From an uncultured bacterium (GTDB lineage Bacteria > Patescibacteriota > JAHJAL01), in contig CALKWM010000013.1 in NCBI GenBank assembly GCA_938004065.1, positions 75,914 to 139,913 on the forward strand: a stretch of 64,000 bases of DNA, in the 5' to 3' direction. Position numbers and translations under genes: made by a program. Each line of letters opens with the position of its first letter. The first letter of the stretch is position 1. This document shows, one piece after another, positions 10,340 to 20,606 of this stretch. A model generated the notes under the pieces. The model ran no database searches. It was not told the origin of the DNA and was given only the letters and a program-made list of their open reading frames with translations.

Positions 10340-11020
10340 TTGGGAAAAAGTATGATTTATTTTGATCAAGATTTTATCAATTTTTTCAAAGAGTTAGAAA
10401 ATAACAATTCAAAAATTTGGTTTGATAAAAATAGAAAGAGATATTTTGTCGCTGTGAAAGAGCCAATGGAAAGATTTGTGAATGATTTGATTGAGGCATA
10501 TCGTGTATTTGATACAAAAATTGATATTACTTACAAGCAAGCAATATTCAGGATTAATCGAGATGTGAGGTTTAGTAAAGATAAGAAACCGTATAAGGTT
10601 CATGTGGGGGCAGTGATTTGTAGTGGGGGAAAGAAAAATATGATTGATCCGTGCATGTATGTTGAAATCGATTCTCAGGAAGTCAGGTTATTTAGCGGTT
10701 TGTATATGATTGATAAAGATAGGTTGCAGAAATTGAGAGAATTCATTGCAGCAAATTTGAAAAAATTTAAACGATTACTCGAAGATAAAAATTTTAAGAA
10801 GAAATTTGGTAAGATTTTAGGAGAAAAAAACAAAAGATTGCCAAAAGAACTGCAAGCAGCTGCAGAAAAACAGCCATTGATTTATAATAAAAATTATTAT
10901 TATTTTGTATCATATCCAGTAGATTTTATCTTGAAGAATGGATTGATTGAAAAATTGATTGAAGATTATGAAGTGGCGATAAAGATGAATGAATTTATAA
11001 AGCAAGGAATAGGGAGATAA
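10340..11020 (+). CDS. DUF2461 family protein
   Basis: FFKELENNNSKIWF and IFRINRDVRFSKDKKPYK signature; true start probably ATG 10352. Confidence 0.85.
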   Translation: MGKSMIYFDQDFINFFKELENNNSKIWFDKNRKRYFVAVKEPMERFVNDLIEAYRVFDTKIDITYKQAIFRINRDVRFSKDKKPYKVHVGAVICSGGKKNMIDPCMYVEIDSQEVRLFSGLYMIDKDRLQKLREFIAANLKKFKRLLEDKNFKKKFGKILGEKNKRLPKELQAAAEKQPLIYNKNYYYFVSYPVDFILKNGLIEKLIEDYEVAIKMNEFIKQGIGR

Positions 11021-11023
11021 TGT

Positions 11024-12325
11024 ATGAAGAAGCGAAGATGGCAGGGACAGATGACGGCTGAATTGTTGAAAAATTATTCAAAAAGAGAGCCGATGTGTCG
11101 GCATTTTTTGACGTGTGGCGGATGTAGTTTTCAGGATTTTGAATACAAGGATCAATTAGAAGTGAAAGCGAAAAAAGTGGGAGAGTTGTTTGATGGGTGT
11201 GGAATCTGTCACACTGAAATCCTGCATTGGCGGGATTCTGCTCCTTCTATTTTTGGAGGAGAATTTAAAGAATGGGGGTATCGGACGAGAATGGATTTAG
11301 TGGTAGGTAAAGCGGGAATTGGTTTGCGAAAAAAAAGACGATTTGATGAAATTGAATTTTTACAGGAGTGTTGGTTGATTGATAATAATGTTTTGCAGTT
11401 TTTAAAAGAAGTCTATCAAAAGGGAATTGAAGTAGGATTGATCCCGTATGATTTGGTGACACATGAGGGAGAATGGCGATACTTGAGTGTACGGATCAAT
11501 GAGAAAAATGAGTTGATGTTAATATTTGTAACGAAGAGGGGGGTGGAAAACAAAATCTCAAAACTCAAAACTCAAATCTCAAAATCACAACTCACAACTC
11601 AAAACTTTTCTGTCAAATCAATTTATCATGTGGTGAATGACGGGTTGGGAGATAGTAATTTTGGGGAGATAAAGAAATACTGGGGGGAAGAGTATTTGCA
11701 GTATTCAATATGCAATATTCAATATGCAATAGGACCAAATACGTTTTTTCAAAACAATATTCCTTTGGTAAATAAACTGGTGGATAAAATAGTGGATAAT
11801 GTGGACGAAGACGATAGAGTGTTAGATTTGTATTGTGGAGTGGGGACTTTGTCGTTACCGGTGGCTAAGAAATGCCGGGAAGTTTTGGGAGTGGAGTTGA
11901 TGGAAGAGAGTATTGGGTTGGCGAGGAAGAACGCTGTTAATAACAATATTGATAATGTGGAGTTTGAGGCGAAAAGTGTTGAAGATATATTTGATGGAAA
12001 CTCAAAATTTAAAGCTCAAAACTCAAAACCACAACTAAAAACTCAAAAACCGAATCTCAATGAATACAATGTATTGATGTTGGATCCGCCGAGGAAGGGA
12101 TTGGAGAAGGTGGCGGGAAAGTTGTTGGAATATGATTTTGATAAAATAGTATATATGTCGTGCAATCCGCTGTCGTTAGTGAAAGATTTGCAGGTTTTGG
12201 TGAGAAAATGGCAGATTGAAGAGGTGTCTTTGTGGGATTTGTATCCGCAGACACCGCATGTGGAAGTTTTGGTGTTGCTAAGAAACAAGAAACAAGAAAC
12301 AAGAAACAAGAAGCAAGTATTATGA
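11024..12325 (+). CDS. rlmD: 23S rRNA m5U methyltransferase (RlmD/TrmA family) with micro-repeat insertions
   Basis: CRHFLTCGGC Fe-S motif, FFQNN, LDLYCGVG, LDPPRKG, YMSCNP, DLYPQTPHVE. Confidence 0.85.
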   Translation: MKKRRWQGQMTAELLKNYSKREPMCRHFLTCGGCSFQDFEYKDQLEVKAKKVGELFDGCGICHTEILHWRDSAPSIFGGEFKEWGYRTRMDLVVGKAGIGLRKKRRFDEIEFLQECWLIDNNVLQFLKEVYQKGIEVGLIPYDLVTHEGEWRYLSVRINEKNELMLIFVTKRGVENKISKLKTQISKSQLTTQNFSVKSIYHVVNDGLGDSNFGEIKKYWGEEYLQYSICNIQYAIGPNTFFQNNIPLVNKLVDKIVDNVDEDDRVLDLYCGVGTLSLPVAKKCREVLGVELMEESIGLARKNAVNNNIDNVEFEAKSVEDIFDGNSKFKAQNSKPQLKTQKPNLNEYNVLMLDPPRKGLEKVAGKLLEYDFDKIVYMSCNPLSLVKDLQVLVRKWQIEEVSLWDLYPQTPHVEVLVLLRNKKQETRNKKQVL

Positions 12326-12416
12326 ATTGTGAATGGTTGATCTCAAATAGTTTATAATTTTAAAAACTAATTTTTAGGAAAGAGGAAAATACTTTTTATA
12401 TTTAATATTTTTATTT

Positions 12417-13202
12417 ATGCGGGGAAATTCGGACAGATTTTATATCAAAGAGGGGTTGGGGTCGGATTTGTTGTGTATCAAAGACAAGGAATTGATCAGG
12501 CAGTGGCGGAAGGTGATGCGTTTGGGTGAGGGAGATGTGGTGCGGTTGTTTGATGGAAGCGGGTATGAATATCAATATTCAATATGCAATACGCAATATG
12601 CAAATAAAGCGCAATTGAAATTGATTGATAAACAATATTTTGAGGAAAAAGAAAATAAAGTTTTTTTGGGGTTTGGGGTTTTGCATGATCAGGCACGTAT
12701 GGAATGGATGTTGGAAAAGTGTACGGAGTTGGGAGTGGATAGGTTTATTCCTTTAGTTTGTGACAATTCGCAGCTTTATATGAGAAACTCAAAGCTCAAA
12801 ATTCAAAGTTCAAAACCACAACTCAAAACCAGTAAGCTTAAAAAACAGGAGAGGTTGGAGAAAAAGATTGTTGAGGCGTGTGAACAGTGTGGGAGAGTGA
12901 GAGTGCCGGGGATAGAAACAATTTGGTCCATAAATGATATTGATGATGTTGTAGGGGCGGACCCAAGTGTCCGCCCGAGGGTGATAGTATTGGATAAATT
13001 AAAAATTAGAAATGAAAAATTAAAAATTGATATATATAAAAATATTTTGTTATTGGTAGGACCGGAGGGAGGATGGAGTGAGAGGGAATTAAAATATTTT
13101 GCAGAAAATAATTTAGAATTTATGTCGGTGGGTGAAAATGTTTTGCGGGCGGAGACGGCAGCGGTGGCGGGAGTGGTAAGACAAGAAATAAGAAATAAGT
13201 AA
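12417..13202 (+). CDS. rsmE: 16S rRNA m3U1498 methyltransferase with micro-repeat/REP insertions
   Basis: VMRL, EKCTELGV, EACEQCGR, VGPEGGWS, LRAETAA. Confidence 0.9.
   Translation: MRGNSDRFYIKEGLGSDLLCIKDKELIRQWRKVMRLGEGDVVRLFDGSGYEYQYSICNTQYANKAQLKLIDKQYFEEKENKVFLGFGVLHDQARMEWMLEKCTELGVDRFIPLVCDNSQLYMRNSKLKIQSSKPQLKTSKLKKQERLEKKIVEACEQCGRVRVPGIETIWSINDIDDVVGADPSVRPRVIVLDKLKIRNEKLKIDIYKNILLLVGPEGGWSERELKYFAENNLEFMSVGENVLRAETAAVAGVVRQEIRNK
12951..12976 (+). repeat. REP-like palindrome inside rsmE
   Basis: GTAG-led element containing GGGCGGAC-ccaagt-GTCCGCCC (8-bp stem). Confidence 0.65.
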
Positions 13203-13286
13203 TAAGAAATAAGTAATAAGCATTAAGTGTAAAGTAATAAGAAAAACCGTAATTAAAACGGTTTATTTCTTGTGAATAGAATTGAT

Positions 13287-13949
13287 TTATGGCATATACC
13301 AATCAACAGGATCAATGTTGGTGATAGTGTCTCCATCATTGACAGTAACAACTATTTTGTCATGAGAAGGGCAGGAGATATCCAAACCGCAGGGAACAAA
13401 TTCGGTATAGTATGCTTTGTAGTCGGGCGTTATAAAATAACTGAAAACATAGTATTTCCCCGGTGCAACATCGAGTTTGTAACCACGGCCGGCGGTGTAT
13501 TTGGGGTTTGAAATCAAGTCTGATGTGCAGTATTGGTTGGTGGTGTTGCCAACTTCCTCGGCGCAAACTGTTAAATCGGGAATCACCTCGGATGGATAAG
13601 ATAGACTACCTTCGATGGAGCCAACTTGGAGAATAGCTTCTTTGTCTTGGACCTCGTCTGTTGGTTTGTTGGTGGTTTTTTCTTTGGTTGTTTTGTCTTC
13701 CAAATCTTTCAGTTGTTTGTCGATTTTATCCAGCTCGGAATTGAGTTTGTCTTCCAATTGGTTGTTTAAATCCGGTTTTGGTACATTTTTAGCGATATTG
13801 AAAGCGCCATATCCGAGACCGATGACAATAATGATGGAGATTAGGATGATGATGCCACAGCATCCCAAAACCCAGTAAATCCAAGAATTGGATGATTTGG
13901 AGGCACTGCTGGGAATTGTTGATTTTTTGTCAGGGTAGGTATTGTTCAT
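13287..13949 (-). CDS. membrane-anchored hypothetical protein
   Basis: N-terminal TM after GCC, coiled coil, Cys-containing extracellular domain (GSLSYPSE...CAE). Confidence 0.75.
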   Translation of the reverse strand: MNNTYPDKKSTIPSSASKSSNSWIYWVLGCCGIIILISIIIVIGLGYGAFNIAKNVPKPDLNNQLEDKLNSELDKIDKQLKDLEDKTTKEKTTNKPTDEVQDKEAILQVGSIEGSLSYPSEVIPDLTVCAEEVGNTTNQYCTSDLISNPKYTAGRGYKLDVAPGKYYVFSYFITPDYKAYYTEFVPCGLDISCPSHDKIVVTVNDGDTITNIDPVDWYMP

Positions 13950-14206
13950 GTGAGAAAAAATTAATTAAATAAAATTATTTTGTCTGCTTGTTATCTATAT
14001 TGTATCATTGATGTGCGGTAAAGGTTTAGTTAAAGTATTGTTTGTTAATATTTTCTTAATTATTATTTAATCAGTATTTTGGTAGAATAAAAAGGTAAAT
14101 AACAAATATGCTAACTGTAGCTGTTAAACGGTTAGAATAATAATTGAAATATTGTGAATTTTGTGGCGAAAAAAGTTTCTGAAATTATTTAAGTCAAACC
14201 TATCAA

Positions 14207-14288
14207 GTATCAAACGTATCAAACGTATCAAACGTATCAAACTTTTTTATCATATTGTTTATTGAATATTGAGTATTGATTATTGATT
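14207..14288. repeat. short tandem repeats upstream of dnaG
   Basis: (GTATCAAAC)4 at 14207-14242, then about 4 x TATTGAN heptamers. Confidence 0.8.
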
Positions 14289-16023
14289 GCAAATGAGTGA
14301 GATTGAACAAATCAAAGAGCGAGTGGACCTGGTGGAATTGTCCAAGCAGTATATGACGTTACGCAATGCCGGACGTAATTTTCAAGCATTGTGTCCTTTT
14401 CATCAGGAAAAAACTCCATCACTTATGATATCGCCGGATAAACAAATCTGGCATTGTTTCGGTTGCGGAGAGGGGGGAGATATTTTTACATTGGTGCAAA
14501 AAATTGAAGGTGTGGACTTTTATGAATCACTGAAAATCCTGGCGGAAAAAGCGGGGGTGGAATTGAAAAAAAGTCCCGGTTTTCAAAAATTCAAAAATGA
14601 GACTGACAAATATTATGAAATCAACAAATTGGCGGCTGAATTTTATCATCAAGCGTTAAAAAGGAGTAAATCCGGTGAAATTGCTCGTAATTATGTACAA
14701 AAACGTGGTTTGAAAAATGATATAGTCGATAAATTTAAAATCGGTTATGCGCCTGACATGTGGGACGCTTTGGTGGTTTTTTTACAAAAGCGGGGGTATG
14801 GAAATGCGGATATTATCGGATCCGGTTTGGGTTTTACTTCCCGTAAGGGTAATTTAGTGGATAAATTTCGACAGCGGCTTTTATTTCCCATTTGGGATAA
14901 TCGAAATCGGGTGGTGGCGTTTACCGGCCGGGTTTTGGAAGAGAAAGACAATCCGAAGTATTTGAACACTGCTACTACCAAGATATTTGATAAAGGCAAG
15001 GTATTGTATGCGTTAAATTTGGCTCAGGATAAGATCAGGGAAAAAAAGCAAGTGATAATGTGTGAGGGACAAATGGATGTGATTGCTTGTTTTCAAAATG
15101 GTTTTGAACAGGCAGTTTGCAGTTCGGGGACGGCGGTTACCAAACAACAATTGATACTATTGAAAAGATTGACGGACAATATATTGATAGCTTTTGACAA
15201 TGATCCGGCCGGGCAAAAAGCCGCTTATCGATTGACGCAGATGGCTTTGGAAGTGGGGTTGGTGGTACGGGTGATTGATTTGATGAATTACAAGGATCCG
15301 GATGAAATGATGAAGGCGGATGTTGCCAAGTGGCAGGTGGCAGTATCGGGGGCTGTCAGTTTTGTGGAATATTTTTTGAAAGTATTTGATACTGAAGAAA
15401 AGGGTGTAAAGGATAAAAGTCGATTGGCGGATCAGATTATGCCTTTGTTGTATTATGTGGGAGATGAAGTGGAAAAGGGGCATTATTTGTCCAATTTGGC
15501 GGATGTTTTGGGGGTGGATGAGAAATTTGTACTGGAGAAATATAACAAATATAAACCGGACAAGATATCGGTAAAAGAAGACAATAAATATCAATCACAA
15601 TCGTTGTCGATTGAAGAGAGATTGATTGGATTGATGATTGTTTTTTATAAATATCTTAAAGTAAAGATAAATAACTTGCAGGAAAAAGATTTTTCTGGTA
15701 GAGTAGAGGAAATCGTTTCTTTTGTAAAAGGGTTTGATCAGGATGCTTTGACCCTTGAAGATTTTGCACCGATTTTGGATGAAGAGCGGAAACAATGGTT
15801 GATCAAAGTGATGGTTAGGATTGAATCGGATTATGCTCAGTTGGATGAGGATTTGATTGTTGAAGAATTTCAGATGTTGCTCAACAGATACGAAGAAGTC
15901 ATGCGGGTCAGTTTAAAAGAAGAGTTGGAGAAAAAGATTTTACAGGCGGAAAAGAGTGATGACAAGGAGAAAATTAAACAATATATCCGATCCTTGCAGG
16001 ATTTGATTATTAAAGGTAAATAA
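14287..16023 (+). CDS. dnaG: DNA primase
   Basis: CPFH...HCFGC zinc finger, KYLNT, EGQMDV and FDNDPAG TOPRIM motifs, KDPD. Confidence 0.97.
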   Translation: MQMSEIEQIKERVDLVELSKQYMTLRNAGRNFQALCPFHQEKTPSLMISPDKQIWHCFGCGEGGDIFTLVQKIEGVDFYESLKILAEKAGVELKKSPGFQKFKNETDKYYEINKLAAEFYHQALKRSKSGEIARNYVQKRGLKNDIVDKFKIGYAPDMWDALVVFLQKRGYGNADIIGSGLGFTSRKGNLVDKFRQRLLFPIWDNRNRVVAFTGRVLEEKDNPKYLNTATTKIFDKGKVLYALNLAQDKIREKKQVIMCEGQMDVIACFQNGFEQAVCSSGTAVTKQQLILLKRLTDNILIAFDNDPAGQKAAYRLTQMALEVGLVVRVIDLMNYKDPDEMMKADVAKWQVAVSGAVSFVEYFLKVFDTEEKGVKDKSRLADQIMPLLYYVGDEVEKGHYLSNLADVLGVDEKFVLEKYNKYKPDKISVKEDNKYQSQSLSIEERLIGLMIVFYKYLKVKINNLQEKDFSGRVEEIVSFVKGFDQDALTLEDFAPILDEERKQWLIKVMVRIESDYAQLDEDLIVEEFQMLLNRYEEVMRVSLKEELEKKILQAEKSDDKEKIKQYIRSLQDLIIKGK

Positions 16024-16125
16024 TTTAGACATCAATCATAAACTTAAATTTCCTTGATACGGGAAGTTTGGTTTGTAAAGTTTGATGTCATATATATTTT
16101 TTTAGATATTTTTTAAGGCATTTTT

Positions 16126-17637
16126 ATGACAAAGCCAAAGCCAAAAAAGGTCAGGAGCGGGGGAAAACAAAAATCAAAGGTGAAGGTAAAAAAAGCAAAA
16201 AAAGTGGTAAAAAATGTCAAAAAAAAGAAAGTTGTCAAACAAAAGCCCAAAAGGGCGTTGCTAAATAAGACCAAAGCGAAACTTAAGTCAGTTAAAAAGA
16301 AAGTACAAGCGAAAAAGCCGGTGGTTAAGAAAAAGAAACAGGTAATAAGGAAACCTGTTAAAAAAGTGACGCAAAAAATTTCCAAGAAAATTAAACCGGT
16401 TAAAAAAATTGTTGCCAAGAAAGCAAAAGTAGTTGAAGTGGTTGAAGCACAAGGTCAAGTCAAGAAAAAAAGTTATAAAGTCAAGAAAAAAGTTGGCTTG
16501 AGTCGGGATGAAATATTGGATAAAATTTCCGAGGAAATTTACAAAGATAAAACCGATGTGGTCAAGGAATTGATCATGAAGGGCAAGGACCAAGGTTTTG
16601 TGACTCAGAGGGAGATTATGCAGACGTTACCGGATCTGGAAATGGATATTGAGATGCTGGATGATTTTTATTCTTTGCTTGGTGATTCCGGTATTGAGAT
16701 GGTGGAGAGTGAGGAGAGCTTGAAAGATGTGGTGGCGCCTACGGAAGATGAAGTCAAAGAAAGTCCGCTTAAATACGAAACTTCCGCCAAAGAGGAGGGG
16801 TTACAGGATGTGTCGCGTGATTCAGTTAGATTGTATTTGCGTGAAATCGGTCGCGTACCTCTTTTGTCCGCTTCGGAAGAAGTGGAGTTGGCAAAAAAAA
16901 TGGAAAAGGGCGACCAGTTGTCAAAACATAGATTGATTGAAGCGAATTTACGATTGGTAGTGAGTATCGCCAAACGATATGTGGGGCGCGGTTTAAGTTT
17001 GCTGGATTTGATACAGGAAGGAAATACGGGTCTTTTGCGAGCGGTAGAAAAATTTGATTATCGCAAAGGTTATAAATTTTCAACTTATGGTACTTGGTGG
17101 ATTCGTCAGGCGATAACGCGGGCGATTGCTGATCAAGCTAGAACCATCAGAATTCCGGTACATATGGTGGAGACGATAAATAAATTAACGAGAGTTCAGC
17201 GTCAGTTGGTACAAGCGTTGGGTCGTGAACCATTGCCGGAAGAAATTGCGGCGGAGATGGACCTGGAAGTGGAGAAAGTCAGATATATTTTGAAAATTTC
17301 GCAAGAGACGGTGTCTCTCGAGGCACCGGTGGGTGAAGAGGAAGATAGTTATTTGGGAGATTTTCTCGAGGACAAGGTAACTTTGTCACCAAAAGATGCC
17401 GCGACTCGTCAGTTGTTGCGTGACCAGTTGATGGAGGTTTTGGAACTTTTGTCACCTCGTGAAAAGAGGATTTTGGAAATGCGTTTCGGATTGAGTGATG
17501 GTACCAATCGGACGCTGGAAGAGGTGGGAAAAGAATTTGGCGTAACTCGTGAACGAATCCGTCAAATTGAAGCGAAAGCGTTGATGCGACTGAGGCGCAA
17601 TCGAGATAGTAGGAGGTTGATGGATTATTTGCGGTAA
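16126..17637 (+). CDS. rpoD: RNA polymerase primary sigma factor with Lys-rich N-terminal extension
   Basis: [61 protein letters not shown]...TRERIRQIE; follows dnaG. Confidence 0.97.
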   Translation: MTKPKPKKVRSGGKQKSKVKVKKAKKVVKNVKKKKVVKQKPKRALLNKTKAKLKSVKKKVQAKKPVVKKKKQVIRKPVKKVTQKISKKIKPVKKIVAKKAKVVEVVEAQGQVKKKSYKVKKKVGLSRDEILDKISEEIYKDKTDVVKELIMKGKDQGFVTQREIMQTLPDLEMDIEMLDDFYSLLGDSGIEMVESEESLKDVVAPTEDEVKESPLKYETSAKEEGLQDVSRDSVRLYLREIGRVPLLSASEEVELAKKMEKGDQLSKHRLIEANLRLVVSIAKRYVGRGLSLLDLIQEGNTGLLRAVEKFDYRKGYKFSTYGTWWIRQAITRAIADQARTIRIPVHMVETINKLTRVQRQLVQALGREPLPEEIAAEMDLEVEKVRYILKISQETVSLEAPVGEEEDSYLGDFLEDKVTLSPKDAATRQLLRDQLMEVLELLSPREKRILEMRFGLSDGTNRTLEEVGKEFGVTRERIRQIEAKALMRLRRNRDSRRLMDYLR

Positions 17638-17782
17638 GTCTCACATTTAAAATTATTAAACTGAAGTTATTTTTTGGAAATAATTTGAAAGTTGATTAAA
17701 TTCAAGTAAAATAGTATTTGTTAGATGGTTATAGTAAGTGAAATTTTTGCCCGTCTGCAATAAAGTTGCTTGGTGGGCGTGG

Positions 17783-17854
17783 TCCGGGGTAGCTCAGCGG
17801 TAGAGCAATTGACTGTTAATCAATGGGTCGTGGGTTCGAGCCCCACCCCCGGAG
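17783..17854 (+). tRNA. tRNA-Asn(GTT); integration target
   Basis: Acceptor TCCGGGG/CCCCGGA, anticodon arm ATTGA-CTGTTAA-TCAAT, GGTTCGAGCC T-arm. Confidence 0.95.
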
Positions 17855-19435
17855 TATTATGGGATTTCGAGCGTATGCATTGAACAACTGTTCTTTGTTT
17901 ACGCTCTTTTTCATAGGTTCTAACATTCTTTTTATTCTATCAACTTCTTTTTTAGCTGGTATGAGAAAAGAGTAAAAGGAAAGAAGCTCTAAAAAGAGCT
18001 TCTGGTCCTTAAGGATAAAATTCGAGCCAAGAGAAATAAAGATTTCTTTTTTGGTTTCAATATCACCTTCATTAAATCTGATATAAGCATATTCGGCTAT
18101 TCCCAAATGTTTTTCGGCAGTTTCTAACCAGCTATTAAGTCTTTTATCAGAATTTTCGATAACTTCATTGATTCTACTTTTTTCTTTTAGGAGATCTGAT
18201 TTTTTGGTGATATATTCTTCTTCATTTAACTCGTTATTCAGGCGTAGCTCTAACAATCGGTCTAATTTTTTAGTACAATCAGTGTAGGCTTTATGCTGTG
18301 AGGCGATGATCAGGTTACGATCATTCGCTTCTTTTTTATTGTGCTTTTTGAGTTCTCCATAGAGATATTCGTGAAAGTCGGGTGGAATTGTAAATGAAGA
18401 TATAATTTCGTTGATCTGCTTTTCCAATTCTTTTACTTCTATACCTTTTTGATAGCATTTTTGCTTTCTGTGTTTTGTGCAGTGGTAGTAAGTATATTGG
18501 TGAATATTACCGTTTTTTTGTTTCTTGATTTTGGTTTCGGCGGTGATAGAGGCTCCACATTCTCCACACTTGATCAAACCAACATAAGCAAAGACTCTAT
18601 TTTTGGGTCTTGGTTTGCCTTCTCTACCTAAAATGAGTTGGATGCGATCATATTCTTCAATAGAGATAATTGCTTCATGCTTGCCTTTAAACCATTCGCC
18701 ACTATTTTTTGGATATTCAAATTCTCCATAATAAAAAGAACTGGTGAATATTCGGTAAATAGTGCTTCGGGAAAATTCCTTTCCTTGGCGGTTTGTTAAT
18801 TTCCATTTACTAAGGGCTATATGTCTAATTTGTGGGGGAGTGTATTTTCCGGTTAGCATAAGATCAAACATTCTACGGACCAACTCGAAACGGTCCGGAT
18901 CTTTGATAATTTCTTTTTCACCTTTCCGTTTAAAGGGATTGTGCATATAGCCAAGTGGGGCGTAGGTTGGAAGCCAACCACGTTTTGCTTTGGTCCGAAG
19001 ACCTCTTCTGGTATCAGTACTTAGGTCCATGATAAATTGATTGGCTACGCCCAATTCTACAGCCATAACGATAACATTATCAGTGGGATAGTAGCTTTGA
19101 CTATGAGTTTGAATATGTTTGATTATTCCTTGTTGAATCAACCAACTAATTTGACCACCGTCAATGGGGTTACGAGCTAATCGATTTAATTTCCAACATA
19201 ATATGCCCTGAGCTTCACCTTTGTTTATTCTTTGAATCATTTCGTTAAATATTTCTCTTCCTGGTGCTTTGGCTGATTTTGATTCAGAAAGAATTTCTAC
19301 AATGCGTATGTTTTTTTGTTCAGCAATTTTGGTTAATTCCTGAATCTGTGAATCAATTGAAGCCATTTGTCGATCTTCGTTTTCGGTTGATTTGCGAGCA
19401 TAAAGGAAATATTTTAGTCTTTGATCGTTTTTCAT
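17816..19435 (-). CDS. large serine recombinase (resolvase + recombinase + Zn-ribbon)
   Basis: YARKS catalytic motif, ESKSAK...GR, RLARN, CGECG...YYHC; C-terminus LRGWGSNPRPID is the antisense of the tRNA-Asn 3' half. Confidence 0.93.
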   Translation of the reverse strand: MKNDQRLKYFLYARKSTENEDRQMASIDSQIQELTKIAEQKNIRIVEILSESKSAKAPGREIFNEMIQRINKGEAQGILCWKLNRLARNPIDGGQISWLIQQGIIKHIQTHSQSYYPTDNVIVMAVELGVANQFIMDLSTDTRRGLRTKAKRGWLPTYAPLGYMHNPFKRKGEKEIIKDPDRFELVRRMFDLMLTGKYTPPQIRHIALSKWKLTNRQGKEFSRSTIYRIFTSSFYYGEFEYPKNSGEWFKGKHEAIISIEEYDRIQLILGREGKPRPKNRVFAYVGLIKCGECGASITAETKIKKQKNGNIHQYTYYHCTKHRKQKCYQKGIEVKELEKQINEIISSFTIPPDFHEYLYGELKKHNKKEANDRNLIIASQHKAYTDCTKKLDRLLELRLNNELNEEEYITKKSDLLKEKSRINEVIENSDKRLNSWLETAEKHLGIAEYAYIRFNEGDIETKKEIFISLGSNFILKDQKLFLELLSFYSFLIPAKKEVDRIKRMLEPMKKSVNKEQLFNAYARNPIILRGWGSNPRPID

Positions 19436-19611
19436 AGTAATAGAGATTAATGGATAAACTAATAGGACGGTTCTGGTTGACCCAACTTACCACTAATGGT
19501 TTGTCGGCAGAACCGCCCTGTTTAGGCGACAAAAATTCATTAGTGTAAAAAATTGTTGGGTCAACACTTATATTATAAAATATTTTAAGGTGCATAAAAA
19601 TCATTTTTTTG

Positions 19612-19947
19612 TCATGGAGGGTTTGTTTCGATCATGCCTTTATATCTTGATTTGTAGTATTTGATTTTAAGGCATTTAATACATCCGATTTTTTTGTTTA
19701 TAGTGTCGATGTAGATTATTCGGATTCTGCGATGGCAATTTGGGCAGGAAAACCAGTATCGTTGGCCATTAAACCTTGTTTTTGATATGGATAATTTAAT
19801 CGTTAAATCTTGAATAGAAACTTTTGATCGTATAAATTCTGATTTGGCAATCTGGTGGTAGTTTTTGATGATATTATCGATGTCAATTTTTTGATAATTC
19901 AAGTTTGTTAGATTTTTTCCTAAATCGTATGGCTTTATTGAATTCAT
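19612..19947 (-). CDS. hypothetical Zn-ribbon protein (island)
   Basis: RYWFSCPNC...GCIKC. Confidence 0.7.
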   Translation of the reverse strand: MNSIKPYDLGKNLTNLNYQKIDIDNIIKNYHQIAKSEFIRSKVSIQDLTIKLSISKTRFNGQRYWFSCPNCHRRIRIIYIDTINKKIGCIKCLKIKYYKSRYKGMIETNPP

Positions 19948-19952
19948 GTTTT

Positions 19953-20549
19953 TTAATTATTGTTAATAAATTCTTGTTTTTCTGATACAAAAGCATTTTT
20001 ACTTTGAATCTTGATATCAATAGATGGTGATTTGATTTGTTGGAGTAGAGATAGGGATGAATTAAATTGTCTATTGGCTCGATCAATTTCTTTACTAATT
20101 AGATAGCAGTATTGAATGCTTAATTTATTTACTGATTCTGAGCTAGAGCATTGACTGAGGATCCTTGAATATTGAATAATTTTTGTGTATGAGAGAGCAA
20201 TATTATTAGCCATGGCTTTTTCAATTGAGGTTGTGCATTGGTATTCTTTTATTATGTCTCGTGCGAATTGTATTGCCATTGGTCGGTATTCTTTTTTATG
20301 ACAAAAAGCTACAGTGTAACCTGTGTCTAAACCGAAGATATTAGAGAAATCATGAAATAATTCATCAATCTGTTTTTTCTTACTTTTTTTGCCAAGGTAA
20401 TGTTTTTTAAGAAGGATACCAATTTGATCTAATAAAACATCTGGATCGTGGTTTGTTTTGATTTTGTCTTTGACGAAATTTTTTATGTCTTCTGTGGTTT
20501 CCAATTGTTCAATTTGTTTTCTTTCAATTGGCTTAAGATTGTTTCGCAT
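19953..20549 (-). CDS. hypothetical protein (island)
   Basis: 198-aa ORF co-oriented with the integrase operon. Confidence 0.7.
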   Translation of the reverse strand: MRNNLKPIERKQIEQLETTEDIKNFVKDKIKTNHDPDVLLDQIGILLKKHYLGKKSKKKQIDELFHDFSNIFGLDTGYTVAFCHKKEYRPMAIQFARDIIKEYQCTTSIEKAMANNIALSYTKIIQYSRILSQCSSSESVNKLSIQYCYLISKEIDRANRQFNSSLSLLQQIKSPSIDIKIQSKNAFVSEKQEFINNN

Positions 20550-20582
20550 AGTATTTAATTAATTATTAATAAATAAATAGAT

Positions 20583-20606
20583 TTACCCCACACCCAATCT
20601 CACAAG
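20583..20606 (-). repeat. inverted copy of the GTGAG-N-GGGTGTGGGGTAA motif
   Basis: Minus strand reads CTTGTGAGATTGGGTGTGGGGTAA, overlapping the stop of the NTPase gene. Confidence 0.65.

Noticed and set aside
17916-17926. GGTTCTAACAT inside the integrase, matching the att-like repeat
   Set aside because: Only 11 nt, within coding sequence (MLEP) and lacking the CGGAG core; may be chance, although a secondary binding site is not excluded
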